Positions 12,894 through 24,589 of a DNA stretch of 64,000 nt are shown piece after piece. Each line of letters begins with the position of its first letter. Position 1 is the first letter of the stretch. This DNA is from Rhina ancylostomus (Eukaryota), in NCBI GenBank assembly GCA_030265395.1, contig JARFYF010000001.1, positions 46,909,250-46,973,249 on the forward strand, read 5' to 3'. The notes under the pieces were generated by a model. That model ran no database searches, had not been told where the DNA came from, and saw only the letters and a list, made by a program, of their open reading frames with translations. Both the position numbers and the translations under genes were made by a program.

Positions 12894-14162
12894 CTATAAA
12901 CCAAAATGTAATGAACTGAATGAGAAAAAAATTCAAAAGATTTTACTTGAACTCAGTGAATATACTGGAAGAAAACTGATGACTATCCTGACATCCAAGT
13001 CATCATATGTATTAACCACCGAGAAAATGTTATCTATCATCAATCATTATTTTTAAGCAGCATGAAATGCAATTCACTAATACTTGTAAAGGTCCCTGAA
13101 AAATGACATATCAAAAGCTATATTTGAAGAAAGTCATGTTCATTCAAATATGTGAATAGCATCTTAATAAAAAGATCAACAGCAAACTCCAAAATGTTTA
13201 AAATCAAAAAAACCCTCACTTAAGAGAAAAAGGAGTCTTTTAGGTTACAATTCACAAATTAGCTGCTTGATTTATACAACTGTCTTCTTGTCTATTTGTC
13301 AGCATATCCATTCATCTGAAAACCTTAGCTCTGTGCCTAAGCTCTACCAATGATATGCACCACCTAACTTCACTTATTATGTTTTTCCCATTAGATTTTT
13401 TTCATATTTTTATGATATCATGAGTTCCGTAGTTGTAATAGTTTTTTCCATTGTAATTGTCATTCTGATACTCCAATGTGTTGCCACTGTTCTCTCAAAA
13501 AGCAACTTGAATTTGTATTTTGAAAATGTTCCTTATTAACTACAATTTCTATTATCTAATATTAGGGATTAATCAAAATTTAGCACCAGAAGGATTTTTG
13601 AACTGCTCTGCTTTGTTTGACAGTGTGATAGCTAAGCTTCCTCGAAAAATGGACCCACAGGACCACAAAATTTTACCAAGCTTAGAAGGGTGCAAGCACA
13701 TGTGGTAGGCCAGATTGAGTATGATCTGCTGAAAGGAGTTTACATGGGTCCAGATTCCTCTGCTTAAATTCACAGTTTTGCAATGTTTAAAAGATGAGAG
13801 TGAAAAATTGAAAGAAAGAAACAGCAGCTGACTCTCAAAACCATGCAATATCACAGGGACTATTTGGAATACAGCTTAACACTGTGTGACACCCCTGCAG
13901 AATTATGTGTTCATGTTACAAAAAGTTAAATCAATAAAGGACAGAAAAAGATAAATTTTTCATTGGTCTAATAAAAGTAAGATAAAGAAATTAGTATTAA
14001 TGTTGAAGGAAGATTTGGGTTGAACAGAAAGACAGTGCAAATAAGTAACAATTGAAAGAAAGCTATGAGAAAAGGAGCCTTCAAATAAAGATTGTTTTCA
14101 AAACAAACTTAATCGAACAAAACTATTTACAATGCTACAATGAGTTATTAGAAATTCCACAC

Positions 14163-14441
14163 CTTTGACAAAAAGATGTGCCACACATGATTCTGTGCCA
14201 ACTTCATTGCTGACTCGACAAGTATAGTCACCAGTATCAGAGACTTTTGCTGAATGGAGTTGTAGCATACTTGTTGAACCTTCCTTTGAAATGTAAAATG
14301 AACTACTCGGCACCAACTCCTTTTTGTCCTTGAACCATTTGATGGTTGTTGGAGGAGTTCCACTAATAACACTCCTAAACTGTACTTTAGAACCAGGTAC
14401 AACATCCTGGGACAAAGGCTTCACAGTAAAATATGGAGGTT
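14163..14441 (-). CDS. TTN: Titin Ig exon, super-repeat 2 position F
   Basis: 279 nt; EPPYFTVKPLSQDVVPG..DTGDYTC. Confidence 0.95.
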
Positions 14442-14678
14442 CTGAAAATTCAAGAGGAAGACTAGTCATTCTCACAAGAAAATGAAATGAAAATTGATAC
14501 AGTACTTCCTATGAAAATGAAATGTTAAAATAAGAGAACACAAGTACAATACATGCATTCTCAACATGTTTGTTAATGCAGTCAATTAAATGGAAGACAA
14601 GTAATACTTTGGATAACTGAAAGATATTAGTCAATATAATTTTGAAGCAATTAAGAAATTGAATGCAACATTTCAAAC

Positions 14679-14966
14679 CTTTCACAGTTAAGACACCAAT
14701 ACTCTGATCAGTTCCAGCAGCATTTGTTGCTCTGCAAGTGTAGGTTCCACCATCTGTCATCTCTAGTTGATGAATCTCCAATTGTGCAATGTTATCATGG
14801 TAAGAAAACTTATGTTTTTCATTAGCTGTTAATTCTTCATTGTCCTTATACCAAAGCACACTCATTGGAAGAGAACCAGAGATTTTGCATTCCATCTTAA
14901 CAAAAGAAGTTTTGATGCCATCCATATTTTTTAAGTTTCTTTTAAATGATGGTGGAACTATGCGAT
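14679..14966 (-). CDS. TTN: Titin Ig exon, super-repeat 2 position E
   Basis: 288 nt; DRIVPPSFKRNLKNMDGIK..DGGTYTC. Confidence 0.95.
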
Positions 14967-15076
14967 CTGTCCAACACATGGTGGGAAATCAAAGATTACT
15001 ATTTCTTCCAAAATCTTTGCTGTTTCTTTTAAATATTTCAGTAATTGCAATGAAATTAAGAAGTAAAAATACCAAC

Positions 15077-15355
15077 CCAATACTGTAATGGAAGCTTTGC
15101 AACTGCTGCTACCAACGTCATTCTCAATCTCACAGGTATATTCACCACTGTCCTCTTTCTCAGTAAAAGGAATCTTTAAACTAGTAACCTTATTTGTAAC
15201 GCTGATTTTGTATTTTCTCCCAGTAATCAACTCTGTGCCATTCTTAAACCATCTGGCTTTAATCTCTGGTGTTCCTGTAAAACTGCAGTCCAATGTTGCT
15301 GGCTCTCCTGCAGTTACACTAATAGAATCTGCTTTTTCTATAATAGATGCAGGTT
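15077..15355 (-). CDS. TTN: Titin Ig exon, super-repeat 2 position D
   Basis: 279 nt; EPASIIEKADSISVTAGEPATL..DSGEYTC. Confidence 0.95.
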
Positions 15356-16050
15356 CTGTGACAATAAAATAAATAATATTAGAGGTCAAGAACATAAGAA
15401 ACAATGGAAGACCATTTAAGTCCGTTAATTTTTCTTCTCTGAACCAAGCCATTGAATCTAAAACCACACGTGGACAATCTCCATTTGTAAAGATTATAGC
15501 ATCTGTTCATGCATCCCTCATGTTCAGGAGAACTGGTTAAACAAATGTTCATTTAATTTGGTGTTTATTCAATCCACCTATCAATTATTAGTGACTCAGT
15601 TTGTTTTAGACTTTCACACATGCTTTGCAAAAGTCAAAGGTCCAAAATACTCTGGATGTCAGGTGCCAGCATATCTAACCTCCTTCTCAAGCTCTAGGCG
15701 CACTGTCAAGTCCAGTGGCAAAGCAATGTCATGGAGAAATGAGAGTAGTCACTTTGCAACTGTCCTCTGAATTCTTTGCGAGGGCTAGATGGTGTGCAAA
15801 GGAGACCCCATTTCTTTGAATCAACACTGTTAAGAAAATTAATAAAGGGAAATCTTTGAATTATTTTATTTTAATGTTTTAAGTACTCTACATGAATTTT
15901 AATTTTTGTTTAACTCTTTAAAGTTATTAAATCTATTTGACTAATTTTTAAATGTCTCTTTCAATCAGAAATATATAGTTCTGATATACTGTTATACAGA
16001 AATATACAGTTATAATCAGAAATATATGGTCTTGGACCATAGCTAGCTGC

Positions 16051-16289
16051 CATGGTTCTGAGTTCTGGTCCTCAATTTGGCTCCATTAATGCCTTGTTGT
16101 CCAGCACATGGATTCCATGCTGNNNNNNNNNNNNNNNNNNNNNNNNNNNNNNNNNNNNNNNNNNNNNNNNNNNNNNNNNNNNNNNNNNNNNNNNNNNNNN
16201 NNNNNNNNNNNNNNNNNNNNNNTGGAATCCATGTGCTGGACAACAAGGCATTAATGGAGCCAAATTGAGGACCAGAACTCAGAACCATG
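16051..16289. repeat. 67-bp perfect inverted repeat flanking a 100-N gap
   Basis: 16051-16117 is the exact reverse complement of 16223-16289; probably an assembly artefact. Confidence 0.85.
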
Positions 16290-17181
16290 ACAATGGGTTG
16301 TCAGGGTATTCAGAGAGGGAGGGGCTGAACATTAAAATCAGTTGTTTTCCTCACCCTTTAGGATGCATTAATTTTACAAAATAAATTGCTAAGAATACAA
16401 AGTAATATGGCACAGCTTTACAAAGGAGCAACTGGTACTTTCTGAACATTGTCCAGTGGTCAAATTCAAATAATCATTAAATTTAAGGATAGATGAAGTA
16501 ATAGAGGGAGCAACATGGAAAGAAATAGAATGAATTGAGGACAAATGAAATAAGTAAAAAAGAAGAGATTTAAAGAAAGACTGGATTAATAGAGTGATTG
16601 AAAAAATAAACAGTAAGCAAACAGAAAGGAAACAAAAAATGTTTGGAAATTTCTGAGCAATTTATCGCCTGCATGTAATTTGGTAGTTTCAACTGGACAA
16701 ATAAAAATCTCTTTCTGAGCCAACAAGATTGAATTTTATGTAACTATAAATCACCCAATTTCAAATGTCCTCACAACATGGAACACTAGTCCAAATGTCT
16801 GGTGTAAGATTATTTCATATGCATGGACTGATCCATCAATTTCCTTACATGCATGGAGAGTGAAGTTAAGTTCCCACTTTTGCGAGGCTGGTGCAAATCA
16901 TCCAACAATTTGTGGCTTCAACAACTAATGCTGTATCACTGCCCTGCCACAAAGCCCAGAAATTTTATGCACCAAAAATGCTGGACACTAAAAATTCAAA
17001 ACTTGAGCCCTAAATTTAAGACTTTCTTTATTGTATAGCCATTCCAGAAAAAATATTATCTTTTATTTACATTATCTTAAAACATCCTTCCAAAAATTGA
17101 AGTAACTCAAAACATCTAAAGCTGTTAACTTTTAGAAATAACTGAATGCTTAACATATATGATAGCAATTTTTAAACCAAC

Positions 17182-17460
17182 CTTTCACAGTTAAATTTGC
17201 AACACACTTCGCGATTCCCGCATCATTCTTTGCCTCACAAACAAACTTCCCACCATGATGCTTTTCAGCAGAAGCAATATGCAGCGTTGATGTATCTTCT
17301 TCAAAAGATATTTTAGTATTAGCATCTTCAGTAATATCATCTTTATCTTTTTGCCAGGTTATGGAAATTGGGCTTGAACCTTTCACAGTACATTGAAACA
17401 TAGCAGACGTTCCCAAAAGCACTGTAATATTTTCAATCTTCTTGAAAAATGATGGTGGTT
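17182..17460 (-). CDS. TTN: Titin Ig exon, super-repeat 2 position C
   Basis: 279 nt; FQCTVKGSSPISITW..HGGKFVC. Confidence 0.95.
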
Positions 17461-17579
17461 CTGTTTTTAAAACAGAACTCTCTAATTAGTCAATGCAAAG
17501 TCAACTTTTAATTAGGAAAAACAAAATTAGTTTTATTGTAATATAATGGAAGATAAACTCTTGCTAAGTCTTCACTAAC

Positions 17580-17693
17580 CTTTCAAGGCCACTGCAGAAC
17601 TGCATGAACAACCTCCAACTTCATTTGATACCTTGCATTGATATTCACCAACATCCACAGTGTCAAACTTAAGAATATGTAAACGAACAAAAG
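17580..17693 (-). CDS. TTN: Titin Ig exon, super-repeat 2 position B (3' part; 5' part in N-gap, expected start ~17858)
   Basis: FVRLHILKFDTVDVGEYQCKVSNEVGGCSCSSAVALK, donor GTTAGT. Confidence 0.9.
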
Positions 17694-17983
17694 NNNNNNN
17701 NNNNNNNNNNNNNNNNNNNNNNNNNNNNNNNNNNNNNNNNNNNNNNNNNNNNNNNNNNNNNNNNNNNNNNNNNNNNNNNNNNNNNNNNNNNNNNNNNNNN
17801 NNNNNNNNNNNNNNNNNNNNNNNNNNNNNNNNNNNNNNNNNNNNNNNNNNNNNNNNNNNNNNNNNNNNNNNNNNNNNNNNNNNNNNNNNNNNNNNNNNNN
17901 NNNNNNNNNNNNNNNNNNNNNNNNNNNNNNNNNNNNNNATGAATATAGCCAAAGTCATAAAATTATGAGATAGTTTCACAGAC

Positions 17984-18265
17984 CTTTAACTGTTACATAA
18001 ACACTGCAACTCTCACTACCAACTTCGTTCTTAGCTTCACAAGTGTATTCGCCACTGTCTTCCACAACACCATCAAGAATTTCAAGAACTGACACATTGT
18101 TAACAAATGAGATTTGGTATTTGTCACTGGGATGAACCTGCTTGTCTTTCCTATACCACGTAACTTTAATTTCAGGTGTGCCAGTCACTTCACATTCAAA
18201 TCGAGCTGAGTCACCACTTTTCAATAATTTTGATGGCTCTAACTTCCGAGAAAATGTCGGTGGTT
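17984..18265 (-). CDS. TTN: Titin Ig exon, super-repeat 2 position A
   Basis: 282 nt; EPPTFSRKLEPSKLLKSGDSARFEC. Confidence 0.95.
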
Positions 18266-18486
18266 CTATAAAAATCAAGATGCCATGAAGAATATATTTA
18301 AAAGATTTTCATGAAAACTAACAAAAAAGCAAGAAAAAGTATCTATTGTACTTTGCAACAATCGAAACTTCAACTCATTATTAAGAGCATAGCTAAGAAT
18401 ATTAGAGATATTTTAGTAAAAGGAACATGAAATAATTGGATACTGAATAAAATTAAGCAGAATAAATAAAAATTTAAAAAAATCAC

Positions 18487-18765
18487 CTTTAACAAAAAGA
18501 TTTGTTGCACAGGAAATTGTTCCAGCATCATTACTGATTTCACAAATGTAATCAGCCATATCAGATGGTTTCACCGAAAAAAGCTCAAGATAAGTTGTAG
18601 AAATATCCTTCATAATGAAACAGCTACCACCAGTCACAAGTTCTGTGTTACCCTTGAACCATTTCATTGACATTGGAGGTGTTCCATTTACAACAGCCTT
18701 AAACTTCACAGTTGTACCCGGCAGAACTTTCTCTGATGCAGGTTTCACTATAAAGCTTGGAGGTT
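18487..18765 (-). CDS. TTN: Titin Ig exon, super-repeat 1 position F
   Basis: 279 nt; EPPSFIVKPASEKVLPG..TNLFVK. Confidence 0.95.
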
Positions 18766-18843
18766 CTAAAAGACATTTAAAAAAAAAGCACAATAATTCA
18801 TAAAAATTAAACATATCAAGCAAGTAAGTTCCCTCCCCCCTTT

Positions 18844-18928
18844 GGTGCATTGAATGCGCTGCCTGGGGTGGTGGTGGAGGCAGATACATTGGACAGGTTC
18901 AAGAGATTGTTGGATAGGCATATGGAGG
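18844..18928 (+). mobile_element. CR1-like fragment running into gap
   Basis: near-identical to 4400-4485. Confidence 0.75.
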
Positions 18929-19578
18929 NNNNNNNNNNNNNNNNNNNNNNNNNNNNNNNNNNNNNNNNNNNNNNNNNNNNNNNNNNNNNNNNNNNNNNNN
19001 NNNNNNNNNNNNNNNNNNNNNNNNNNNNNNNNNNNNNNNNNNNNNNNNNNNNNNNNNNNNNNNNNNNNNNNNNNNNNNNNNNNNNNNNNNNNNNNNNNNN
19101 NNNNNNNNNNNNNNNNNNNNNNNNNNNNNNNNNNNNNNNNNNNNNNNNNNNNNNNNNNNNNNNNNNNNNNNNNNNNNNNNNNNNNNNNNNNNNNNNNNNN
19201 NNNNNNNNNNNNNNNNNNNNNNNNNNNNNNNNNNNNNNNNNNNNNNNNNNNNNNNNNNNNNNNNNNNNNNNNNNNNNNNNNNNNNNNNNNNNNNNNNNNN
19301 NNNNNNNNNNNNNNNNNNNNNNNNNNNNNNNNNNNNNNNNNNNNNNNNNNNNNNNNNNNNNNNNNNNNNNNNNNNNNNNNNNNNNNNNNNNNNNNNNNNN
19401 NNNNNNNNNNNNNNNNNNNNNNNNNNNNNNNNNNNNNNNNNNNNNNNNNNNNNNNNNNNNNNNNNNNNNNNNNNNNNNNNNNNNNNNNNNNNNNNNNNNN
19501 NNNNNNNNNNNNNNNNNNNNNNNNNNNNNNNNNNNNNNNNNNNNNNNNNNNNNNNNNNNNNNNNNNNNNNNNNNNNNN

Positions 19579-19767
19579 TCAAAGCAGCTGTGTTGTCTTG
19601 ACATGATATTGTGTATTTATCATTGGCTGATAGCTCTTTGTCATCTTTATACCAAGAAATCCCAACTGGGATAGAACCAGAGAATTTGCAATCCATGTGA
19701 AAGGTTGCACCCAAGATGCTGGTCATTTTCCTTAATTTCTTAGTGAAGGTTGGAGCAATCATACGAT
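19579..19767 (-). CDS. TTN: Titin Ig exon, super-repeat 1 position E (5' part; 3' end in gap, expected ~19480)
   Basis: DRMIAPTFTKKLRKMTSILG..MDCKFSGSIPVGISW. Confidence 0.9.
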
Positions 19768-19865
19768 CTGTCCGAGGCAGAGCAGCAAATTAATTATACT
19801 ACCTGAATCAATTTAAAATATGCTTAAATTATTGCAAGAAAAGGAACTATAAATTATATACTAAC

Positions 19866-20144
19866 CCAATACTGTAATAGAAGTTTTGCAACTGCAACTC
19901 CCCACATCATTCTTGACTTCAAATGTATATTCACCACTATCCTCATTTTCTGCAGAAATAATCTTTAGGCTGGCAATTTTATTTAATAAACTTGTTTTAT
20001 ATTTTCTACTGGATATTAGCTCCTTTCCATTCTTGAACCATTTAATTTTGAGTTCTGGTGTGCCGGCTATTACAAACTCCAAAGTTGCTGGGTCTCCAGC
20101 AGTCACACTAATTGGCTCCGCTTTGTCTACGATATTTGCTGGTT
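19866..20144 (-). CDS. TTN: Titin Ig exon, super-repeat 1 position D
   Basis: 279 nt; VTAGDPATLEFVIAGTPELKIKW. Confidence 0.95.
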
Positions 20145-20235
20145 CTATAGTGAAATGAAATGGTTAACATTAACAAAGCTTAGCAATGCAAAGTGTGTTG
20201 TTTCGTAAACCAGACCAATACATTGTCAAACTGAC

Positions 20236-20514
20236 CTTTCACAATTAATGTTGCTAGACACTTTTGACTTCCTGCTTCATTTTCTGCATGACAAGTGTAT
20301 CTGCCACTGTTGTTCATTTCAACAGCAGCAATGTGAAGAGTACCAATATTATTTTCAAAAGTCATTTTGACATTATTACTTTCTGTGATAAGATCTTTAT
20401 CTTTCATCCAAGTTAAAGTGATTGGCAGTGAGCCTTTCATGCTGCATTGAAACACTGCTGAGCTTCCCAAAATTGCTGTTGCATTTTCAATTTTCTTCAC
20501 AAATGATGGAGGTT
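20236..20514 (-). CDS. TTN: Titin Ig exon, super-repeat 1 position C
   Basis: 279 nt; EPPSFVKKIENATAILG..NSGRYTC. Confidence 0.95.
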
Positions 20515-20623
20515 CTAATTTAAAAGGAAGGTACAAATATCGGGTTATACATTATATGGTCCATCTGTTAAACCTTTACATTATTGTGACATATTTATCT
20601 CAATTTCCATAAAGAATACTGAC

Positions 20624-20902
20624 CTTTCATCTTCACTGTTGCACCACAGAGACACTTTCCTACTTCATTAGACACTGTGCATTGATAATCACCAACATCT
20701 GAGAACTCAAAAAGGCTAATGTGGAGATAAGCACGCATATTTTGGAAAATCATCTTGTACTTCTTACTAGACCGGATCTGCTTTCTGTCTTTGTGCCAAA
20801 CAACTTCAAATGGAGTTGTACCAGTCAGCTCACATTCAAGAGTACAATTGAATCCTTTTACCACTTCAGTGGGATCAAATGTTTTGATAAAAGAGGGAGG
20901 TT
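20624..20902 (-). CDS. TTN: Titin Ig exon, super-repeat 1 position B
   Basis: 279 nt; EPPSFIKTFDPTEVVKG..KQIRSSKKY. Confidence 0.95.
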
Positions 20903-21028
20903 CTAAAAAGGAATGCACAAAAATTCTATTTCAAACTACCCGCTTTTCAAAAAAGATAGAAGAAAAAAGCAATATGGATTTTTCAACAGCAGCAATGTGA
21001 AGAGTACAAATATCAACATTGTACAAAC

Positions 21029-21310
21029 CTTTGACTGTAACGATAGAGCTGCAGCTATCTGTACCAGCTTCATTTTGTGCTTCACACACATAATCCCCAC
21101 TATCTTCTACATTTAGATCATTAATCTCAAGATCAGCTGAAGAATTACTAAATGATATCTTGTATTTCTCCGAGGAATTGAGAATCTTATTGCCTTTGTA
21201 CCAGGTAACACCAATTTCAGGTGACCCTTTCACTTGGCAATTCAAGTGTGCTGAATCACCTTTTTTCAACAGCAGTGATGGTTCTGGCTTTCTGATGAAC
21301 GAAGGCGGTT
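21029..21310 (-). CDS. TTN: Titin Ig exon, super-repeat 1 position A (about human exon 52)
   Basis: 282 nt; EPPSFIRKPEPSLLLKKGDSAHLNC. Confidence 0.95.
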
Positions 21311-21867
21311 CTGAATATAAGTTTAAAGAAAAATATTAAGAGATGCCAGAGTAAAAACATTTACAGAAAGAGAACTAATATCACCAAGACGATTGTTAAA
21401 GAAAAGTTGCAACACATAAGATATTACTCCTTGCTAGTAATTTGAGAAAAAATTTAATTCTTGCTTTTCAAATTTTCTCAACAACAAATCAACAGATAAT
21501 AAATTAAATTATTAAAGGGTCAAAGCTATAAAGCAGCAATTATATTTCGGGGGCTGATAACATTTGTTTTCTTGTTATCATGTCATCAATAGAACCCTTG
21601 ATTTATTAACTGTATCTCATTTCAAATTATTAGTTTTTCTATGTGAAATGTGTTCTGTAACAATATTGAAACAAAGAGGTAAGCAAAAAATAAACACGAC
21701 AAATCTGATTGCCTATCACCATCAGATGAGAGTAAGATTTTCATAAAGGTTATGTGAATCTAAATCCAAATGAAAAGAATGAAACTACAATTGTAGCTAA
21801 AAGATAATTTTGCAGTCAGCTTATAAAAGCAACTGCCTAATATAGTATAGATTCAACTAACATACAT

Positions 21868-22290
21868 GTGTTCACCAGGTTGATTCCCGGGATGGAGTTA
21901 TTGTCTTATGAGGAGAGATTATGCAATATGGGCCTGTACCCTGCAGTTTAGAAAAATAAATAATCTCATTGAAAATTCAAATTGCTTACAGGATTTGATA
22001 GGATTGATGTAAGGATGATATGTCCCCTGGTTGGGGTATATAGAAACAAGGGTCAAAATAAAGAGATCTGAGAAGAGAACAAATGTCTTCACCCAGAGCA
22101 CCTAGGATTCTCCACTCAAGAGAGCTATGAAGGCTCAATTCATAAGTATATTCAGGACAGAGATAAATAAATTTTTAGATATTAAAGTAATTAATAGATA
22201 CAGAATTGGTACAGGAAAGCAGGGCTGAGGTAAAAGATCAGCCTTTATCATATTGAATGGTTGAGCAGGTTCAAATCTTTCCACTTCTTA
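21868..22290 (+). mobile_element. Old CR1 3' fragment
   Basis: ttcaccaggttgattcccgggatg..ttgtcttatgaggagagatt..gatcagcc..attgaatgg. Confidence 0.7.
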
Positions 22291-22449
22291 TATTCTTATT
22301 ATTAGCATCTTCTTTCCTCAATATCTCTAATCATGTAATAAAGAAGAGGCCAATGTTACTTCTAGATGAATTTCTGTAAACCATGTCGAAATGGAAAAAG
22401 AGTGCCTAAAAACATATATGAAGAGTTTGCATAAAAGATGAAACATCAA

Positions 22450-22980
22450 CCTATATATATCATGTGCCTTTAACATAGTAAAATGTCCAAGGTCTTTCAC
22501 AGGAAAATTATTAAACAACAATTTGAAACAAACCACAAAAGGAGATATTAGGCTGATTACAGACAGCTTGGTCAAAAAGATGAGTTTTAACAAGTCTCCT
22601 TAAAGAGGAAAGACAGGAAAAGAGGCAAAGTGATTTAAGGACATTTCCTGAGCTTGATAGTAAAGGCATGACCACCTAAGGTGAAGTGAATAAAATTAGG
22701 AATGCTTAACAGGTCAAAATTGAAGCTGCAAAATTATCTCAGAGGCTTGCTGAGCTCAGGGAGATAGAAGGTGTGATCAAGGGATCTGAAGTAAGATTGA
22801 CAATTTCAAAATTGAAGTGTTGCTTAACCGGAAATAGTGGGCAAAAGAGCGATAGCTGTAGGGACTGAGTGGGACTTAAGATACTGTCAAGCGTTTTGGA
22901 TGACCTCAAGTTTATGGAGGGAAATACCAAGGAGTCTGGTAGGAGTCCTTTGTAGGAGTCAGACCCAGAAGTAACAAACA
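22450..22980 (-). mobile_element. Decayed L2-like LINE 3' fragment
   Basis: starts tgcctttaacatagtaaaa like the copy at ~49085; purine-rich body; family call from recall. Confidence 0.5.
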
Positions 22981-23117
22981 CAAGATGAGATACGGTTACA
23001 AAAGAATCAGATGCTTCAGAAAACCTACTTTAAACATGATGTGTCAATTAAATCACTGAATCAGAAGTATGATTGAATAAATGTAAAATACAGAAACTAA
23101 GATTAAAATATTTATAA

Positions 23118-23450
23118 GGGCAGCACAGTGACACAGCAGTTAATGCTGCTGCCTCACAGCTCCATTGACCCAGGTTCCATCCTGACATCCAGTAAAGTCT
23201 ATTTTGAGTTTGCTTTCTGTGACTGCATGGGTTTGCTCCAAGTGTTCCAGTTTCCTCCCAGAAATCCCAAAGTATGCTGGTCTATAGGTTAGTTGGCTAC
23301 ATTAAATTACTCCAACTATGGGTAAATGCTAGAAGATTCAGGGGGAGCTGATGGGCATATAAGAGTGGGTTACAGGGAACTAAATGTGGAAATGAATTGA
23401 TGAGATTGCTCCAAAAGCCCACATGGGCCAAATGGCCTGCCTTTACATCA
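23118..23450 (+). mobile_element. tRNA-derived SINE (V-SINE/HE1-like)
   Basis: ggcagcacagtgacacagcagttaatgctgctgcctcacagc head with B-box-like ggttccatcc; core tgcatgggtt..cagtttcctcc. Confidence 0.8.
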
Positions 23451-23588
23451 TAAGAAAATATTTAAAAATATGAATAATGTAGCAAGAAATATTGGCTATA
23501 ATGGAACCTTTAAAAATTATTTATAGTTTATATAGAGTAGTCATAAAGTACTGCTTAAAAACAGCTTGAGATTTACAACACTCCTTAC

Positions 23589-24152
23589 CTTTAACTGTTA
23601 ATTGTGCTGAGCAGGAATCACTTCCAGCTTCATTAGAAGCTGTACATACATAATTCCCGGCATCTTTCAGCTTAGCTTTCAGGACTTCCAAAACAGCTAT
23701 TTTGTCTTCAAATGTAATTTTATAATATTTGCCGGAATGAAGTTCTAATCCATCTTTTTTCCATGAAATTGTCACTGCTGTGTCTTCATCTACTTGACAT
23801 TCAAGGCGTGCAGTACTGTTAATTATAGTCTGAGTAGATTCAAGTCTCCTAGTGAAATGTGGTTTGTCAAGGACGATTAGATCAGCATGGCAGATATCAG
23901 TGCCACAGTTATTGGTCACTTTGCAAGAATAGGTTCCTTTGTTCTGTACATTCAAGTTATTAAATTCTAAAGCACGTTTGTTGCCTTTGGTTGATACTTT
24001 ATAGTTTTCTTCATCTGTAACATCAATACCATTCTTCTGCCAAACTGTATGGATCACAGGTGATCCAGACACTGTGCACTCAAGTTTTGCGGTTTTACCT
24101 ACGAATGTTGTGACTGTCTCCAGTCTGGTTACAAAGCTTGGTGGGGTAAGTT
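23589..24152 (-). CDS. TTN: Titin two-Ig exon (about human exon 51)
   Basis: 564 nt; ELTPPSFVTRLETVTTFVGK..DICHADLIVLDKPHF..LECQVDED. Confidence 0.96.
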
Positions 24153-24589
24153 CTGCAAAATAAACATCTGGGTTAAGTATTTTCATTTACTGAAGGAATT
24201 AAACTTTAAGATAATAATCAAGAACTGGTACATTAGCCCAATTTCTTTAAAAGAGAAAGAAAACTGCTGATAGTGATGATGTTCTAATGTACTTGTTAGA
24301 TCATTTACAGAGATTACCAAATAAAAAATATTTTTTCAAACAATTTTATCTAGATATCAAATCTGCTTTGAATGCCATAGCTCTGTATTGTATTATTGTG
24401 AGATAACTGAAAGAAGACATGAAGTCAATGTTTTTGTTATATAAAGTTGAAATTATAGAAATGGAAGGAAGACATTTTTCTCTGGTTTAATTACAAGTCC
24501 ACACAATTTTGGAAAGTAAAATTATTCCACTAATTAGAAAACTACAGAGATCTTCTAATGTATGAATATATGTACAAACATACAAATTA

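Noticed and set aside
16051-16289. Perfect 67-bp inverted repeat suggesting a hairpin or MITE
   Set aside because: The arms sit directly on either side of an exactly 100-N placeholder gap, typical of a scaffolding artefact; needs raw reads before belief.
18816-19762. Long ORFs of 250-287 aa, and similar ones at 17575-17979 and 62419-62881
   Set aside because: Produced by translation through N-gaps.
190-21310. Regular repeats as a CRISPR-like array or Ig/TCR variable gene cluster
   Set aside because: They are spliced I-set Ig exons matching titin, with no leader exons, RSS or repeat-spacer structure.
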